A DNA stretch of 64,000 nt from assembly GCF_018977255.1 (NCBI RefSeq), contig NW_024704742.1, forward strand, positions 25,732,001-25,796,000, written 5' to 3'. The stretch is from Callorhinchus milii. Taxonomy: Eukaryota. The notes under the pieces are model-generated. The model saw only the letters and a list, made by a program, of their open reading frames with translations, was not told the origin of the DNA and searched no databases. The translations under genes and the position numbers were made by a program. This document shows positions 24,901 through 37,400 of the stretch, piece after piece (the stretch's first letter is position 1; each line of letters starts with the position of its first letter).

Positions 24901-27900
24901 TATTCAGTGGATGTTCTGGGAGAACACGTTAAACATATATCTGCATTTAAGATCTCGAGAGACATTTTGGAAGCCCTAATGAAATCTCTCTGCACGTTTA
25001 CATAGTCTTGCGTGCCGCAAAACGAATGGGTGAGAAAACAATACATCCCGTCAGTGATACGAATATAACGTGAAGCATTACGCTTGAAAACTACGTGAAA
25101 AAAAGGTCTCCAGGGAGCAAATTTACCGAAATCAAAGACCCGAATTAAAACACTCAAAGAGAGTAAATATTTAGACTTTTAATAAAAAAAAGTGACATGG
25201 TGGATGCGATTAAAACTGCCACCCAGTTATTTATTTAGCATGATAAATTATAACGCACAAAATAAGTTATATGAATGACACGACCTAGCGTTTATCGTAA
25301 GGAGCAGAGAAGTATAGCGAAGCTTATCAGCCTTTGCAGCTATTTCTTGAAAGCTTCAATCTGCGTTGTAATTACTGTCAGACGATGCTGGAAATGCTGT
25401 GTGTCATTTTGTATGGTATCATTAAGACACAACACGTCTTAACTCCTTCATTCAGCAGCTCAATAATGGCGCGTTATTGTGTGATTACTGAACAGAGGCA
25501 GACAAGAAATATAGTTTCCCCGTTTTTGTACGCTTGGATAGCAAAAACAGGAGAACTTAAGGGATCGAAAATCCGCAGCACAACCACCGCATTCAGCCGG
25601 AGACACAACAGCCTGCGATGGGAAGGAAATAGCGAGAGCAAATCTGCGTCTGTCCTACCTTCAAATTCTATACGATGATCTTTTTTTTTAGTTCAAATGA
25701 TATTACCGTCAGACATCCCTCTGGCGGATTCATATTGCGTTCGCAATGCGACTGACATCATTAGAAGGTTCTGCTATTTGTCTGAAACTATATATATATA
25801 TATATATATGTGTGTATATTATATATATATAATGCAAATGTAGCGATTGTGCAGTCAGTCACTGCTGAGAAATCTCCATCCCTTTCACACAGACGAGGTA
25901 ATACTCGGCTCTGTTGCTGAACATCCATCGTGGATGTGGTGTCTGTGTGTTCGGGGGTACATCTCGATTGCTCGAAGGTAAAAATATGTCCAGCGCTCTC
26001 CACTCTGCTCACAACCCTGAAACACTTCATTGCCAGAGATTATTTTTTAAACTTCACAGCTTTTGTTTCAAAATGCAAAGGACACACTGCGCACTGTGTT
26101 TTTTTTTAATATAGATATACACATATAATATCAGAACGGTTTTGAAGAACTTCATAAATTTTACAAAACACATCGGGAAAAATAATTTATCATCTTATGA
26201 CATTTTGATGTTGGTCGACAGGCCGTTACCAAGAAGCCCGCGAGGAGCTAAGCGTGTGTTTGTGCGTGGAGAGTATGTGACATTATATAATAACATAATA
26301 ATAATCCATGCAATAGCGCCTCATCGCATCAGTGAGACGTCTCCAAGCGCTTCTCAGAATATACTGTAAAATGAACTGACTGCATCATTTGTGGGCGAAA
26401 AAATATTCCATTTTGGAAAACTATTCCAAAAGTCATTTGGAAAACAAGAATCGGTACATGGAGTGGAATTTTAGAAGGCAAAAATCACAAATCGTTCTCC
26501 TTCAGTGAAGTTAGAGAGCTTTGATTTTTGTAAATGAAGGAACGGGGTTTGGAACAAATTGCTCTTCACTGACCCCACGAGAAAAGTCCCCCCAAATAAC
26601 AAGCCCATACCAGGTTTGGCATTTTTGTTTGCGATTCTAATAAACATTTTTAATGGTGGATCTGTTTGGATGTGTGTTGAGATCAGGAAAAAATGGGGCC
26701 TCACATGAAGGAAAACTTTGACCTTTTCTTTTGCACATGATGCGAAAAACTATAAAGGGAGATTAATTCTTCACCTAATTGGGATCTGTCGGTTGTCTTT
26801 GATACAGATGTTAAGCATTATTTCGCTACACAGAATGATTTAACATATTTGTGAAGTTTTACTTCTTTGTAGAATAAAATGAAATGGAAGTCCCCCTCCC
26901 CGCTCACACAAAAAGTAGGCCCTTACATCTGACGATGAAATAAGATCAAACGAGTCATTTGTCTACAGGACATAACAGACTGTAGAACTCTATAAACAAA
27001 ACTCTCGCAATGAATTGCAACGAAACTTGTAAAACATCAGTGGAGTGGAGTCTCGTACAAATTAAAAGGCGACGTTTATTCATTTATTGATCCACATATA
27101 AAAAAGCATGTGTATGCCATGTTGCTCCAACAAACTATTCCTCAAAATATGAAATCACCCATCATAAGCTCTGAAGTCAGTTCCTGTCGGGGTGGGGGTT
27201 ATTATTTAATATTCCCTGTGATGCAATTAACACGATTAACATCGACCTTATAAAGAGCAAATGTGGGAATGGAGTCTCTCTCCTCCCCTCCTCCTCCTCC
27301 TCTTTTTAAGGAGAAACATCTCATCAGGACAGCGTTTGAGTTGGTATTTTATCCAGCAGAGCCAATGTTCTCTGGGCAAGCCACGGAGTGTTCGTGTACG
27401 CTTGACATCTTGAAGCTTAAATAACCTTAAGGCATTGTTATTCCCTGGCAGCAAAGTGCCTCGTTACGCCTGATTGAGCTAATTGCTTTGAAATAGGATA
27501 TATTATCTATAATTATATAGATCTTGGAGGAGACGGCCAGCCTTTTTTCTTTCATCTTTTCCAAGTGCATCATAATTTCGGCATCAAATTAATTTGGGCA
27601 CTTGAAATATTGCATTCCTTTCACGGATGCAAACTCCAAAGGATTGAGCTGCAGTTTTAAGGAGCCAGTAAGTATATCCGAGTTGTTGATCAGCGCAGGT
27701 CGAATTGAGAAACTCGGAGATAACCAGGGGGAATAATCTCCCTGGATTTTAGATTTCGTGAGTACTAACATTGCTAACTGTTCATCGGTCTCTTGCATTT
27801 TGCAGAAGAAAAAAAATCCACTGAAAGATTTTTTGCAAAACTCCCAGGCAACAAAAACACGCAACTGTTAAATATATACTTAAAACAAATCACGTAAACT

Positions 27901-27923
27901 ACCTAAAGCAATCATTCTGTCCC

Positions 27924-27954
<31 letters not shown>

Positions 27955-29134
27955 AAAGCAGCACATCCTACAATATTTGAAAAGTGTATGTTTGGGGGTG
28001 GGGTGGAGGGGGGGGGGCGGTTCAAACGTGTGTTGACGCATTTTACATTCACAGTGGTTTTCATTTGTTGTTTTTTTTACACACACACACACATATATAA
28101 ATACACATAACGACCCACAAATAGAAATAACCCTTTCGCCTCTGTGAGCGACAATTCCCTCGTCTCTCCATTTACTAAATCGAGCTCAGTGATAAAACAC
28201 GTCCTCCTCTCCGGTTTCAAGCCTTATTTGTTTTGCTGTAATTAAGATAAAACCGAACGTCATGGCTAATGGCCTTAGCGTGTCAGGTTCATTATATTAA
28301 GTGCGTTATTTAGGATGCTAATTGTGCAATATTGTTATCTATCGCGACCGCTCCCGCTGAGTCGCATCTATTCGAAGACAAACACACAAGAGTGACGCAA
28401 ATGCTAATAAGTAAACCCTCTCTCTGGTGCCACATGTCACTCTGGCATTTATGTCTCAAACCCCGAAGAAGGAAGTTGCTGCTCATTTTCTGGCTCCCGG
28501 TCTCGTTAATGAATTAATTGATCAATCAATGCAGACTCTGGGATTCCACTGAACGTGTAAAGCAAATACGATGGGGGAGCGGGGATGGGGGGGGGGAGCT
28601 CTCTTGCCAGGACCAGGCGGAGCGCATTCGTGCAGAGTGAGGAGCGTTGCTTTTGTTTTCAATTCGGTCTTTGCTTTTAGTTATTAATAACTTGACCCCC
28701 CCCCTCCAAAAAAAAAAAGCTGGCTCGAAAAGGGCACGGCTTTTTTTTTAAAAAAATAGGATGGTTAACGTGTTTTCGAACCGTCCGTCAATTAAAAAAA
28801 AACGATTCGTTCGAGCGGAGTCGCAACGTCAGAAATAAAAGCAACGAGAGACCGTCTTTATCTGCGTTTACTTCGGAATATATTTTCGATCTATATTTGA
28901 GCCGTGTCAGTCCGCTGGGGGCCCCGGACTCCACTGCGCTCTTCTAATGATTAGCACCGAGTTAAACTATTCTCCAAACTTCTCGAAAGTGGCGTGCGAT
29001 TCCCCCCCCCAAGAAAGCATCATTTTAAAGCTGAATAGCCCTAATGTCCCAGGGCGAGGGCGGACTGGGGGGGGGGGGGAAGGCGGTCTGCTCTCTTGAT
29101 GCGGGGTATAACTTTTGAATAACTCTCCCTGAAG

Positions 29135-29260
29135 TCGCCTCCTTTGATCGCGCCGCTGCTGGCGCCTAAAAACAACATAACTTGTCTGCCTATTAAAGGC
29201 ACTGACTAATCGTGACAGATTGCTTATAGTCGCAATTAGCAATGCAGACGCTCGGCGGAA
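29135..29260. promoter_or_regulatory. Candidate msx1 proximal enhancer (TCF/LEF, Smad and homeodomain sites)
   Basis: CCTTTGATC 29141-29149, TGGCGCC 29160-29166, GTCTG 29184-29188, CAATTAG 29233-29239 and CAGAC 29245-29249 cluster within about 110 bp. Confidence 0.6.
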
Positions 29261-29699
29261 ACAGAAGGCAAAAATCTCGCAAAGAAGAGAGGGCGAGAGG
29301 GGGGGGGAAGAGAGAGGGTGAGGTGAGGGGGTGAGGGATGGGTGGGGGTGAGGGGAGGAAAGCAAAATCGAGAATCAATTCTTTTTTTTTTGGGGGGTGG
29401 GGGAGGACCGATTTATTTCTCCAAAAAAAAAGCCCTGTTTTAATGAGGATCTTTTTTTTTTCTCCCTCCCTCCCTCCCTCCCTCATCTTCTTCCTCCTCC
29501 TCCCTGTTACTTCACCAGCCTTGGAAGGCTCCAGTTAAAAGGGAAATTGAACTGGTTGTCAGCGTCCCTCCCTCTCCCTCCCTCCCTCCCTCCCTCCCTC
29601 TCTCTCTCTCTCTCTCCCTCCCTCCCCTCTCCCTCCCTCCTCCTCCCCCCCCACTCCCCATCCAGATAATTACCCTTAAATTGCTCTATGGGCACTTGT

Positions 29700-29900
29700 G
29701 TTTATATGAGATTAGGGCCCCGGAGCTCTCAGCAATAAACCCTTCCCAGCGAGTGGCCAATCAGATTAAGTGCTAATTTATTTCGAAAAGCTTCGGCGAT
29801 GGCGGGTCCCCGGGAACCCGACCAATGGGGACCCCCCTCCCCACCCCCCGAGCGCAGCGATTGGGCCGCGCCGCGCCGCCGTGTCGCTTCTTAACGCCCG
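29700..29900 (+). promoter_or_regulatory. msx1 proximal promoter (CCAAT boxes, GC-rich)
   Basis: CCAAT at 29757-29761 and 29822-29826, reverse CCAAT (ATTGG) at 29860-29864, homeodomain-type ATTAA/CTAAT cores at about 29765-29777 and a TATA-like TTCTTAA at about 29888, all 200-400 bp upstream of the CDS in CpG-dense DNA. The TSS is not determinable from sequence. Confidence 0.7.
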
Positions 29901-30113
29901 GAGGGCCGCGGCGAGTGGAGGAAATTGACCATGTTCTGAACCGGGGGGGGAGGACGGGGGCCCCCGCAGCCATCGGGATCGGGATTGGGATCGGGACCGT
30001 GCGCTCCTCTGCACTCTGTCTCTCTCTCTGTCTCTCTGTGTCTGTCTCTCTCTCTCTCTCTCTCTCGCGATTTGTTTTGAATGCTCCGCCTGGCAAGGGG
30101 TCGGCTCCGCTAT

Positions 30114-30540
30114 ATGGCCCCTCGTTCCGCCATGAGCGCTTTGCAAGTGGCCGCTGCTTCTGGCGGCGTCAAGAGCGAGGACGCGCCGCAGACCAGCCTC
30201 ACACCGGCGAGCGACGAGGAGATGGACAGACCCAAAGCGCTCCCCGCGCCGCTGCCCTTCAGCGTCGAGGCGCTGATGTCCGACAGGAAGCCCAGCCGGG
30301 ATGCCCTGGCTTCGGACGGGACCGCCGCCGGCACCTCCCAGACCCCCAGCCCCCGGATCGCCAGCGCCGGCTTATCGGTGCAGGAAACTCCGTCCGCCGC
30401 CAACCTGCTGGTCGCCAACACCTCCTACACGGTGGAGGGGCTGTTAAAAATGTCCGAAGATGCACTTGTCAAGTCGGAGGCAACCGAGAGGCAAGAACGG
30501 TCGCCGTGGATGCAAGATTCCCGATTCTCCCCACCTCCCA
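30114..30540 (+). CDS. msx1: Msx1 homeobox protein, coding exon 1
   Basis: Translation MAPRSAMSALQ...GVKSED...LPFSVEALM (eh1 motif, 30252-30278)...VEGLLKMSEDALVKSE...ERSPWMQDSRFSPPP parallels vertebrate MSX1 (MAPAADM, GVKVED, LPFSVEALM, LLKLPEDALVKAE, ERTPWMQ.PRFSPPP). It ends at a phase-1 donor A|GTAAGT (30541). Alternative in-frame ATGs lie at 30081 and 30132. Confidence 0.95.
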
Positions 30541-31381
<841 letters not shown>

Positions 31382-31590
31382 AGGGACTCGATGGGAGGAA
31401 TGCGGTGTTTTTAAACCGAAAAAAAACCACCCTGAGCAATTCTTATTGAGCAGGCACTGTCTATTTTCCCATCTGTTTTGCAAAAGATTTCTTCCCCCAC
31501 CCCCCCCCCCCCCTCCGAAAGGTGTTTGTGTACTATGTAATATACTGTATATTTGAAGTTTTATCATTTATATTATGCATATATTTGTTA

Positions 31591-31596
31591 AATAAA
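31591..31596 (+). terminator. Probable msx1 polyadenylation signal
   Basis: AATAAA about 210 bp after the stop codon, followed by T-rich sequence. Confidence 0.6.
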
Positions 31597-34077
31597 TTTA
31601 ATTAAGCATTTCAAGTAACTTCTTTTAAGCCGACACTTATTTGCTAATGTTTTGCCGTCTTGCAGTTCAGTCTTGCACTGAAATTGATGCGGATAAATTC
31701 ACAACTCAAGATTCTACGTGTTTATATATATATATATGTGTGTGTGTGTATATATATACTTGCTAAACTACTATCATTTGAGCTCTCCTCTCCACCAGTC
31801 TGTATAATTAATGTAATGAGATTGACCCGATTTACAATCGCACTTTTTGTCCTTTGAGTCATCCATGAAGACAAAAATAATTCGCCAGTTAAGTAACTCG
31901 TTTCCAAAACTGGTTTAACCTCAACAAGCTGAACGATATTTGTTTGGTTTGCTAGGTGGTTTTGTTGTTGGGACTACGTAGTTACAGAATCATTTTTTTT
32001 GTAAGACCTATTTCTACTGTTATCTATTGCTTTGAAGAAATCTTAAGTTTGGGTTGGCGTTGGGTGCGCTCAGAGTCCTTAACGTGACAAACCAGAGGAG
32101 CATTTCTGGACTGTACAAACGTGATGGTCTGACTCTAAAAACCGACATGGTCCTTTTAAGTATGCGTTTGACTGATGCTTTAACAGTAAAGGTTGCGCAA
32201 CATTTCTGTTTTGCATTGACTCTATTAAGGACACAGGTGCCCGATTAGCTTTACAGCAAATGTGAACGAACCCTCTTACAGGAAGAAGTTAAAATTCGCA
32301 AAATCCAAATTGCGAATGCAAGCCAAATAGGACGTGCTCGGATTGCGTAAGTGTTTCTTTTTTAAAAAAAAATATCTCAAACGTCAACCAGTTGTTTACC
32401 ACTCTTAATTTTTCAGCTAAAATGTAGCAGACGAGAAAAGGGGGGCATTTTATTGAGCTGTTTTGACTCTTTAGCAAGTGTGTCTGTCTGTAGGAAGTTA
32501 ATAACAAGTAATTGCTGCACTGAGCAAAGCAATCTCTTTTGCAGGCGCCCAGTATGGCTCCAGTGTGACTATAGCTGGGGGCAAAGCGGAACCTTTATCA
32601 TCACGCAAATATGAACGACCCCCTCCCCCCGCCCCTAGTCATTTAGTGACCATTTCCTATTTAATTTCAGAATCGCGAATAATGCTATGATTTAAGGAAT
32701 CCCTGATTTCCGTTGTGTTTTTCCTCCTCCTCCCCCCCCCCCCCCCCCAAAAAAAAAAAAAATCCCATATATTATGCGTTCTGCCTCCAGCAGATTTGGG
32801 ATCAAAACACCGAAAAGTTCCTATATCAACCAGCTCAATCTCCGAAGAGCAATGTTTAATATGCTTATTAGTGTAACATTTTGTGCATTTTCTTCCATTT
32901 TTGCATCTTCTTCCAGTCAGTTTAGGAGATTTTGTTTGGGGGGGGTTGGGGTTATTAGACATCACAATGCAAAATCGGCTCCAGCAAACTCCCTTTCAAC
33001 TTCAAGGGGCAAAAATCAACAGCGTGACCTGCAACAAAAGTCCCATTTATTGTTTGAGAAACCTATTTTCCACGGGTGGCTGACGCGGTGAACCCCACGT
33101 CCCATCGCCCCCGTCGATTTTAATATTTAAAAAAAACTTCCAGTGGCGTTGGAGGCAATAGGACACAACTCGACAGAACTGTGTGCGCAGTTCCGCTCCC
33201 GATCTCGCATCCCTTTCCTCTGGCCCGAAGCTTCTTTTTGATGTCGATATTCCCATTTTAAACTCGTGTCCGCGGTTTGCAATGACCGCCTGGAGAATAG
33301 CAGCAACAACGCGACAATATTGGGTCTCTCCTCTTCCCTGATCTTCACTCCCCCCCCCCCCCCCCCCTTAGGGCCAGTCTCATTGCTCAATTACACCCAT
33401 ATGCCAACAATTAATAAATAAGTAATGACAATAAGTTGGGAATCATACGGATGAACGCTCCGACTGAAAAGAAAAGTTCACAAAAGACCAGAAGGGATTT
33501 AGCCGGTCCTTTTCATGGGGGAAGAGCGTCCTTTTATATATATATATTTTTTTGCCTGGAGCTAAACAGCTAAAAAAAACTCCCACTTTTTTTTTCCATT
33601 TAAGGATCGCAACGGGTAGTTGGAAGTGAGAAGTAGTGTTTTTTTTTCCCTAAACAATAGTGCTTTGGCGCCACATAGCCTGCCCAAAAGGCATTTCATC
33701 GCTTTCTTTTTATGAGAAAATCACTTATTGACGAGCATTAAAAGCCTGGGTTGCAAAACTATAGCATCATTGTTATTAAATATATCTCTCTCTCTCTCAT
33801 TGCTTGTCTGTGCTTTGCTAACGCGCATCTCTGCATTTCGCTTCATCCTCGTTAAATGAGTGACTCCCGAGTTGGGTTTTTTTTTCCATTATTATTCCCG
33901 TGTCTTCTTCGATTCGATTCAATTCGCTCGAAACATCTTCCAGTTGGGTTTAGGAACTAAAACTGCGCCGCCACCGTTGAACTCGGGTCGACATTCATTT
34001 TATTTCTCTTACTCTTTTTTTTATAAGGTCACTTAAATATCTGTTCGCCGCCGCCGTGTGTGTGTGTGAAGCTGTCA

Positions 34078-34118
<41 letters not shown>

Positions 34119-34422
34119 AACAGTTGAGTGATTAAAGAGTTAAATGTTGTTGTCTGAGCGAGGTCAAGAGCTCTTGTAGCCTTGTGAATTCAAAGGGCAG
34201 ACACAGTTAATCAAACTACAAAGACCAGGTGGAGGTAAGATCAAGCTCTCCTGTTTTGATCCATTAAGGAGCATTGTCTTTATTCCTTTCAACCCCCAGA
34301 GACTGGGTTTCAAGGCACAATAACCCACTCTCGCTTTCTCAGCTCCTTTAGAAATACTTTTGGGGCAATGACTTTCGATTTTGCGTCGGGCACATACTTT
34401 GCAAGATGTGTGTGTGTGTGTA

Positions 34423-34459
<37 letters not shown>

Positions 34460-37400
34460 GTTGATGAATTTGAGCCACTTGAGATTTGGCGAATTTAGAC
34501 AGGCGTTTCATGTTTGTAAGAATAAACACAAAAAAACAGTTAACCAGAGGCTTGAGAGTTTCGTGAAAAGGGGGGAGGGGGTGGGATGTGTTGATTTCAA
34601 TGCATACTATTTATTTGTTTTGATATTTTTCTGCCCCTCGGCCCCCAAAATGGTGACCCGTTAGTTTTCTAAGGCGCAAACTGCTAGCGACAAGTGTGAA
34701 AATGACAGCCCGTCTAGTTTTGACTGTGATTCCCATAACTCGTGAACCAGATGAGAAGATCTCACCATCGTATTAAATATGGGGTTTCGGGCTGTAAATC
34801 CCGTCTATCGGTTTACCCGCATTACACGCAATGTTTTATTTGGTTGGAATACAATCTCTCTCTCTCACCCGGACATCGTTGCATCTTATGAATTACAATT
34901 AGCTTTTGTTTTTTTTTTAAAAAAATAACATGATTATATCCTTGCATTTTTTTTAAAAAAAAGGACAATCTGGTCCATGGCTCGCAATAAAATCGAGGTC
35001 GTCTTTGGCATTGCTTTAGAAGGAGTAGTTGTTACACATGCAACCGAAACGGAGAAGCGATCTAAACATAATGTGGGCGTTGGGACATATATAGTACACA
35101 CACCGCTCGTTTTCCTCTCGTCCTCGGATCACTTCGCCTGCTGGAAGCTGAGAGATTTGGGAAATGTGACAAGTGGTCGAGGGAACCCCTCTGCTCGAAC
35201 CCATTCGGATCTTTATCAAGGAAAAGTCGGGGAGTCAGTATTTCGAGTCAAAATTGCAGCCACCCGTTCAGTTATTCCAAACTCGTACTAGTCGATCTAC
35301 ATAACTACACGTCCAATTACAATTCATCCACAGCGGACGATAAGTTGGTGCTTTTTAGCGACCTCTTTATGATTTGCAGGAAAAAAAAAAGAGTTTTTAT
35401 AAACTGCAGTTCGCTTGTAATTCGGGATATTTGTCACCACGTCGGTATATAACAACCATATTGTTGTTAAACGAGAAAAAGATCCAACAATTCTCGAAAA
35501 GTGTCAAATGGCCATGCGGGTAGTTGCCAACTTCATAATATAATAATATAGCGTTTAATAGATTTGTCGTACTATGTGTGTGAGAGAAAGAGCTGGAGAG
35601 CAGGAGAGAACTAATGTCAGAAAAAAAATATAAAGTCTCTACAACGCGACACAGCAAGCTGGTCGTTTTGAATTTTCCTTTTATCCTTTGAATCAAAAGC
35701 TCAGTCGATTAGCTGGCAAGATATTGATAGTAAACATTGACGATTTCTGAAATAAATTCATCAAGTGAGATGCACACACTGACCCAATTCGGTCAGGAAA
35801 TACGATCGTTTCGTTGTGATCTGAAAGGTCCTGAATTGCATTTCTTTCTCACCATAAACTCTGGAATAAGTGCGGTAGTTAAACGTTCGTGACCTTTGCC
35901 TAGTGGATCCCACGATTAAACCGAAATTCAAATAAGAGTAATGCTAGCTGGAAACATTTAAACACACGACTGATGCAAACACGTTAAATATAATTAAACC
36001 CATCAGAAGAACGACGTGCGGGTCGTTGACAGGACTTCAGTGTGTCGTGGGAGTGCAGAATTGTACCAATTTCTCCTCCTAAATCTCGAGCAGATTTATG
36101 TAACGTGTCACGTTGCCTTGTAAATTGCTTAGTCCATGTCAAATAAGCCATAACCACGTTTATTTTATGTGTCATTCATTATATCGCTGTAAACAAAAAA
36201 CGTTTATAGAGTTTAAAAAAAAAGGGTTATTGAGCGAAAATCCTCCTGAACAAACGCCCTATTAGCATTCCCTCGGCAGTACTTGGTGGCCTCATTCAGA
36301 CGAAAGTACATCGTTCTGGTTAGGGTTGGGACACATGCTCGGACATGTTAAATTCATTGCATTATATGAAGTTTTAACAAATAGGCTTTTACAAATGGAG
36401 TTCTTGTGATTTGCTTTACACACTGCTCTTACATCACCTGCTTACAGCTGTAACATCGTTGCTTCGTTACGTTATTGACGTTTCACACGTTTTACTTTTC
36501 CCTCTAGTTGCTACAACTGAACGCGAGTATTTTATACATAATTAATAATTATAATAATAATCCTGGCTTTTGATATAGTGCCCTTCGCATCGTTGCGTCC
36601 CAAAGCTCTTCACAGAATGTATTGTAAAGTGGATTGAGTTGTGGATTTTATGGGCGAAATTTAGTTCAATTTAAACATAGTTTAATTCCAGTAAGTTAAG
36701 GTGCAATACACTAACCCCATTTTACACCCACACATACGCATAACTGTTATATATTTTGGGGGGAAACAAGTATTCTCCATTTCTGAAACCCTGGATCATT
36801 TTGAAAAGATTTTTTTAAAGAAGAACTGTAAAGGATTTTGTTAAACCATACTGTGGGATTGGAGGGATTGCAGTGATGTACGTATGGAAGTACGGGCCTG
36901 AATCTCATGTTGCAAAGTCCAGCCAATAAAGCATAATTCATCTAAAATATTATCAGCCTTTTGTGGATTCAGAAACAGTTTAATGATGTTGACATGACAT
37001 TCTTAATCGGCAACTGCCAGGAACGGGTGCTATTATTTTGTGGTTGTTTGGAGGGATCTTACACCCCCTGCTGTAGGCCTGGGGAATCGACCCCTTTTCT
37101 CAGCTCCGGTGCACAAACCAATCAGTAAACACGCTCCCTGGGTACCGCACAGTAAACAAGTCGCAACGTCCACATTTATTTAGGACTATCAGGGCCGTGC
37201 AAGTGAAATATTCCCTTCTCTTTACCCAATCTTATCGGCGAAATATTCAGAGTTTATTCTATTGCAGCAGCCAGCCAGAGGAGTTGGCATTACCGCTTTG
37301 TCATTTATAGAGGAGCAAACCTGATTTATTATCTGTTACTTTTTTAACGAATACCACAGTCGCCTTCACACGAAAGCATCCTAATTCCTCACGTAGTATA

